Shown here piece by piece: positions 61,124-64,000 of a DNA stretch of 64,000 nt. The stretch covers positions 2,506 through 66,505 of IMG/VR virus record IMGVR_UViG_3300045988_161801, one strand, 5' to 3'. This stretch comes from a virus. The position numbers and the translations under genes were made by a program. The first letter of the stretch is position 1; every line of letters starts with the position of its first letter. The notes below the pieces were generated by a model, which was not told the origin of the DNA, did not search any database, and saw only the letters and a list, made by a program, of their open reading frames with translations.

Positions 61124-61495
61124 TCAGAAGGGTAAATCATCTTCATCTTGCGGGATGTTATCCAACCCTCTACCGTTGCCTTCTTCCTTTTTCATCCCTC
61201 CTTGAAATTCGAGTTCGTTCATCACCCATATCGTCAGGGTTGAAACGATGTCACCGTTCTTGTTCGTGTAACCGGACGTGGTCGGTTTACCTATAACTTG
61301 AACCCGGACACCCTTCTTCAAGTAAGGGGTTAATTTCCCTTCCTTGTCGTACTTCACGACATCAACCCATGTCGTTCGTGATTCCCCTTTTACCTTCTCC
61401 GTGATGGCGATGGAAAAGCAAGCGTAATTATTGCCCCCGATTTGTTTCAGTTCGGCATCCTTGCCGATGTTTCCTGTTGCTATAATCTTTATCAT
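61124..61495 (-). CDS. ssb: single-stranded DNA-binding protein
   Basis: OB-fold N-terminus (IIATGNIGKDAELKQIGGNNYACFSIA..TTWVDVV..) and acidic C-terminal tip DEDDLPF. Confidence 0.85.
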   Translation of the reverse strand: MIKIIATGNIGKDAELKQIGGNNYACFSIAITEKVKGESRTTWVDVVKYDKEGKLTPYLKKGVRVQVIGKPTTSGYTNKNGDIVSTLTIWVMNELEFQGGMKKEEGNGRGLDNIPQDEDDLPF

Positions 61496-61514
61496 CTTGT
61501 CTGAATTTTAATTA

Positions 61515-62195
61515 TTAAGCACATTGCAACTTGATGATCTCATCCATCACCTTTTCCTTGTACTCGTTTGCCTTCGCTAGTTTTTTGATACAATTCTCGA
61601 TAAATTCTTGATCAGGCAAAACACGTATCACTTTGAGTGCAAAAAGTTCACTTTGGCATCTAGGGTCATAGCTAATGAAATCACACCATTTGCGTCCCGT
61701 TGCGATAAAATTACCTTGTATCTGCACGTAATACTCGTAATGCTCTTTTTTCAAGTCATTCTCGTCCTTTAAGCGAAGATGCTTAACGTGAATCGAGGTG
61801 TTAAACGGGCATTTTATCTCGATAAAACCGTCTTGACCGACAAGTCCATCCGGGGATCCACCGAAGTAATCATTAAACTCGAAAAAACCGCAGTCGTTTA
61901 CCTCCACGCCTTTTTTCTTCTCGTAAGCGTGTCTTGCACTTATCTCTAGTTCCTTACCCCACGCCACCTCTCTAGTGTTAATATCCTTGTAATCTAGGCA
62001 AGTTCCATTAGTTATGTACTCTGAAATTTTATCGTACACGTACGATTTTGAAGTTTCGGAAAGCTCTCCAGCTTCTTTCTTTACCTTTTCACGTGGCTCG
62101 GAAAGTAGCTTGTACAATTCCGAGCTGGTGAAATGGAATAACCTGTCTCTGTACCATTCAGGATTGTCCTGAAGGTTGTTCTTTTGTCTCTCCAT
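61515..62195 (-). CDS. YqaJ-type (lambda Exo-like, PD-(D/E)XK) recombination exonuclease
   Basis: ..FGGSPDGLVGQDGFIEIKCP.. is the catalytic motif. Confidence 0.75.
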   Translation of the reverse strand: MERQKNNLQDNPEWYRDRLFHFTSSELYKLLSEPREKVKKEAGELSETSKSYVYDKISEYITNGTCLDYKDINTREVAWGKELEISARHAYEKKKGVEVNDCGFFEFNDYFGGSPDGLVGQDGFIEIKCPFNTSIHVKHLRLKDENDLKKEHYEYYVQIQGNFIATGRKWCDFISYDPRCQSELFALKVIRVLPDQEFIENCIKKLAKANEYKEKVMDEIIKLQCA

Positions 62196-63069
62196 TGCTT
62201 AATGAATTTGCCTGTTTTAAATTCTCGATCAACTTGTCGGCCTCCTCTTTGGTTACTTGGCCTTTCAACAAGGCGGCCTTCACGTCAGATTCCGTTTTGA
62301 GAGTTGAGGGATCGAGAGAAGTGTCAACAACCGTCTCGAACTTGTTCCCGAACGTTTCTTTTACCGACGTGGTACCTTCTTTTATAGCGTTGGCGAGGCT
62401 CCTGAGGTATATTATGTTTTCCTTGTCGATTTGATCAACGCCTTTCACCTCCAAATGATCAAGAAGTTGTTCTTGGGTTACACCGATTTTCGAGAAATAA
62501 TCGATCATTCTCTTGCGACTAGTTTCTAAATCGATACTTTGACCTAATGCAACTTGTTTCACGTTAGCGATCACCTTTTTCGTCACCGCTTTCGGGATAA
62601 CCTTGAAAACGGCGTTTCTGAAAGCGATAGCCGAAGCGGCGTTTCCCGTGACTACTTGCATATCCTCGGAGAATGTTTTCCCGTACTTATCAGTTATCCT
62701 GCGTTTCACTTCAACGGAAGCGGCAAAATTCGTTTCAAGGTCGTGACAAATACCCATCGCCGTGATCGTCTTCCCGTCATTGCCTATTATCCTAGTTTGA
62801 ACCCTGATGTTTCCCCACGCCCCCGCCACGATCTCGGCCATGCGAACCGATAACCCCTCGATCACGGCTGCATCATTACCTCGTCCTCTTCGTAAAGCGT
62901 AAAAACAATCTTCTGCCGTTTCCGTGTCCATCGTGGCGTAAGTCTCTATAGTGCTTAACACCTTGTGTATATCCCGTGGGTATTGTTTCGCTGTCGATAT
63001 TTGAATATCCACTTCTGCCTTGTTGATAGCCTGTATCATCTCGGCTTGATTAATTTGAATTATTTCCAT
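62158..63069 (-). CDS. putative single-strand annealing protein (recombinase partner of the exonuclease)
   Basis: 303 aa, immediately upstream of and overlapping the exonuclease gene, with SSB next. Family not recognised from sequence. Confidence 0.45.
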   Translation of the reverse strand: MEIIQINQAEMIQAINKAEVDIQISTAKQYPRDIHKVLSTIETYATMDTETAEDCFYALRRGRGNDAAVIEGLSVRMAEIVAGAWGNIRVQTRIIGNDGKTITAMGICHDLETNFAASVEVKRRITDKYGKTFSEDMQVVTGNAASAIAFRNAVFKVIPKAVTKKVIANVKQVALGQSIDLETSRKRMIDYFSKIGVTQEQLLDHLEVKGVDQIDKENIIYLRSLANAIKEGTTSVKETFGNKFETVVDTSLDPSTLKTESDVKAALLKGQVTKEEADKLIENLKQANSLSNGETKEQPSGQS

Positions 63070-63098
63070 ATCTTTGTGTTTGAATTAATTAATAATTG

Positions 63099-63146
63099 AC
63101 AACCCCCGGGGAGTCGAACCCCGGTAACGTGACCCGGCACGGGTTG
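63099..63146 (-). ncRNA. tRNA-like acceptor/T-arm minihelix
   Basis: The - strand reads caacccg-tgccgggtcacgttac-cgggg-ttcgact-ccccg-ggggttg-t. It has a 6-bp acceptor-type stem and a canonical 5-bp/7-nt T-arm. Confidence 0.4.
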
Positions 63147-63308
63147 TACGCTGGCATAATGCACCTTTGACGTGCGACTTTCGCCACTCCCGGAGTGTTG
63201 CCCGGAAGTTCACCAGCCCCGCTCGACTATGGCGGTATATGTTATAGTCTACCAGTATTTCAAAGAACTTAACCGCTATCGTTCAAAGTAGGCGGTTTTC
63301 TTTTTTTA

Positions 63309-63393
63309 GCGGAGAGGATGGAATCGAACCATCGGCAAATTGTAGAAGGTGTCGTGCGCAAAGAATTGAAGGTGCCAACGCCAGTTCTCCCCG
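63309..63393 (-). ncRNA. 85-nt tRNA-like element with good acceptor stem and T-arm but no foldable D/anticodon arms
   Basis: The - strand reads cggggag-(53 nt)-gatgg-ttcgatt-ccatc-ctctccg-c. The stem is 7 bp with one G-U. The interior carries the direct repeat caccttc twice. Confidence 0.4.
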
Positions 63394-63447
63394 TGTGCCG
63401 GGACTTCCACCCGGCCGTTTTTAATTACCAACAAACAAATAACAGAA

Positions 63448-63597
63448 CTAAAGAACCTTGCGTAGAGAGCTAACGGGAACCTTGAACATCAATCCTCTCT
63501 GCTGCTTGATCGTGGCGATCCCGCTTTTTTCGTCAATGCTTTTCACCGTGAATATCCCTTCCACGTGTGTTGTAGTTACTTTATCACCTTTTTTCAT
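63448..63597 (-). CDS. small protein (49 aa, below the track cut-off)
   Basis: ATG at 63597 and TAG at 63450-63448. Translation MKKGDKVTTTHVEGIFTVKSIDEKSGIATIKQQRGLMFKVPVSSLRKVL (KOW/SH3-like look). Confidence 0.4.
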   Translation of the reverse strand: MKKGDKVTTTHVEGIFTVKSIDEKSGIATIKQQRGLMFKVPVSSLRKVL

Positions 63598-63609
63598 ATA
63601 CTTAAATTA

Positions 63610-64000
63610 TTATCTATCAACTTCCGTGAATACCCCGTTGACTAACTTGTAATAAGTGTCTTCTTTTATCTCGACCCCGTCAACCCTTTTTGTTACCACG
63701 TTTATCGGGATCCAATCTCCATTATCGTCTCTTCCCCATTCAGCAAGTGTTATCCAAGAGCCAATTTTTGCCTTCGCTATTGAATTATTCCCGGCACACA
63801 TTACCACGCTATTTTTACCCGATGACCCGATCTTTGCGCCATAACCCGATGACCCGATCTTTGCGTCATCACCCGATGACCCGATCTTTGCGTAATTACC
63901 CGATGACCCGATCTTTGCGCCATAACCCGATGACCCGATCTTTGCGTCATCACCCGATGACCCGATCTTTGCGCCATAACCCGATGACCCGATCTTTGCG
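63610..64000 (-). CDS. partial ORF (C-terminal part; start beyond the window) with nonapeptide tandem repeats
   Basis: The frame of track ORF 63610-63807 stays open upstream to the window edge. It reads ..(AKIGSSGxx)n..KNSVVMCAGNNSIAKAKIGSWITLAEWGRDDNGDWIPINVV... Confidence 0.6.
   Translation of the reverse strand, partial: AKIGSSGYGAKIGSSGDDAKIGSSGYGAKIGSSGNYAKIGSSGDDAKIGSSGYGAKIGSSGKNSVVMCAGNNSIAKAKIGSWITLAEWGRDDNGDWIPINVVTKRVDGVEIKEDTYYKLVNGVFTEVDR
63817..64000. repeat. 27-bp tandem repeat, at least 7 copies, running off the window
   Basis: The unit is acccgatgacccgatctttgcg plus a 5-nt variable block (ccata / tcatc / taatt). It is in frame and coding on the - strand. Confidence 0.9.

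Larger units (their letters stand above)
3672..64000. mobile_element. temperate tailed-phage genome (prophage or attP-form); both boundaries uncertain, right end beyond the window
   Basis: Continuous packaging, head, tail, lysis, regulation, replication and recombination gene sets. The left limit is arbitrary, and genes at 244-3638 may also belong to the phage. Confidence 0.85.

Noticed and set aside
63817-64000. Regular 27-bp repeats considered as a possible CRISPR array
   Set aside because: The units are contiguous, with a 22-nt core plus 5 variable nt and no 25-40-nt unique spacers. The array is in frame and continues an open reading frame on the - strand. No cas genes are present.
1-64000. 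Stop-codon reassignment (TAG or TGA recoding), as seen in some Bacteroidota-infecting phages, possibly linked to the tRNA-like elements
   Set aside because: Structural genes are read as very long uninterrupted ORFs (1433, 2144, 609 and 538 aa) in the standard code. None of the tRNA-like elements has an anticodon arm, so there is no suppressor tRNA.
1-64000. Diversity-generating retroelement or retron (searched because of the large tail fibre/LRR genes and structured RNAs)
   Set aside because: No reverse-transcriptase-like ORF (no YxDD-type motif in any credible frame) and no template/variable repeat pair were noticed.

Overview
Almost the whole window is one temperate siphovirus-type phage, either a prophage or an unintegrated attP-form genome. 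It looks like a Bacteroidota (Bacteroidales-like) host: promoters fit the TTTG / TAnnTTTG pattern, one tyrosine integrase has an Arm-type N-terminus, and several proteins are CI-type HTH or BspA-LRR types. All calls come from reading the sequence and ORF track and from remembered family motifs. No database search was run. Layout: (1) 1-3.6 kb holds accessory genes: a CI-like HTH protein, a Panacea/DUF4065 toxin-antitoxin pair and two secreted or lipoproteins. (2) 3.7-17.9 kb holds two divergent late operons: TerL-portal on the - strand, and scaffold-capsid-connector-tail-chaperone (with a T9 -1 frameshift site)-1433-aa tape measure on the + strand. Each operon starts with the same 26-nt leader fused to an intrinsic terminator. 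(3) 17.9-25.4 kb is a self-contained block that splits the tail operon. It carries higBA, an integrase, an attP-like tRNA-Ser 3' segment with TTCACTT repeats, five small ORFs, a TerS-like ORF, an iteron/G-run/AT-rich ori-like tract, an HExxH protein and a P4/D5-type primase-helicase. (4) 25.4-41.2 kb starts with a third copy of the late leader. It continues with Dit-like and 2144-aa Tal-like proteins, a holin/M15 endolysin cassette, an LRR tail fibre, a u-spanin-like lipoprotein, a Gly/Gln-rich low-complexity gene cluster and an HNH homing endonuclease. (5) 41.5-64 kb is a long - strand early arm. It contains a moron, a ~430-nt structured non-coding tract, KilA-N and Rha regulators, a hicAB cassette bracketed by 47-bp repeats and a second Panacea pair. 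It also contains a Xer-like integrase coupled to a truncated HsdM-like ORF, a sigma-70-like fusion protein and an AEP primase/SF4 helicase. The arm ends with a replisome organiser with internal iterons, a RuvC-like resolvase, SSB, a YqaJ-type exonuclease, a putative annealase, and a partial ORF made of 27-bp tandem repeats. The most interesting candidates are the nested satellite-like replicon, the three-fold leader-terminator (antitermination-type) late control, a family of tRNA-like acceptor/T-arm minihelices without anticodon arms, and the duplicated Panacea modules with an unassigned toxin family.
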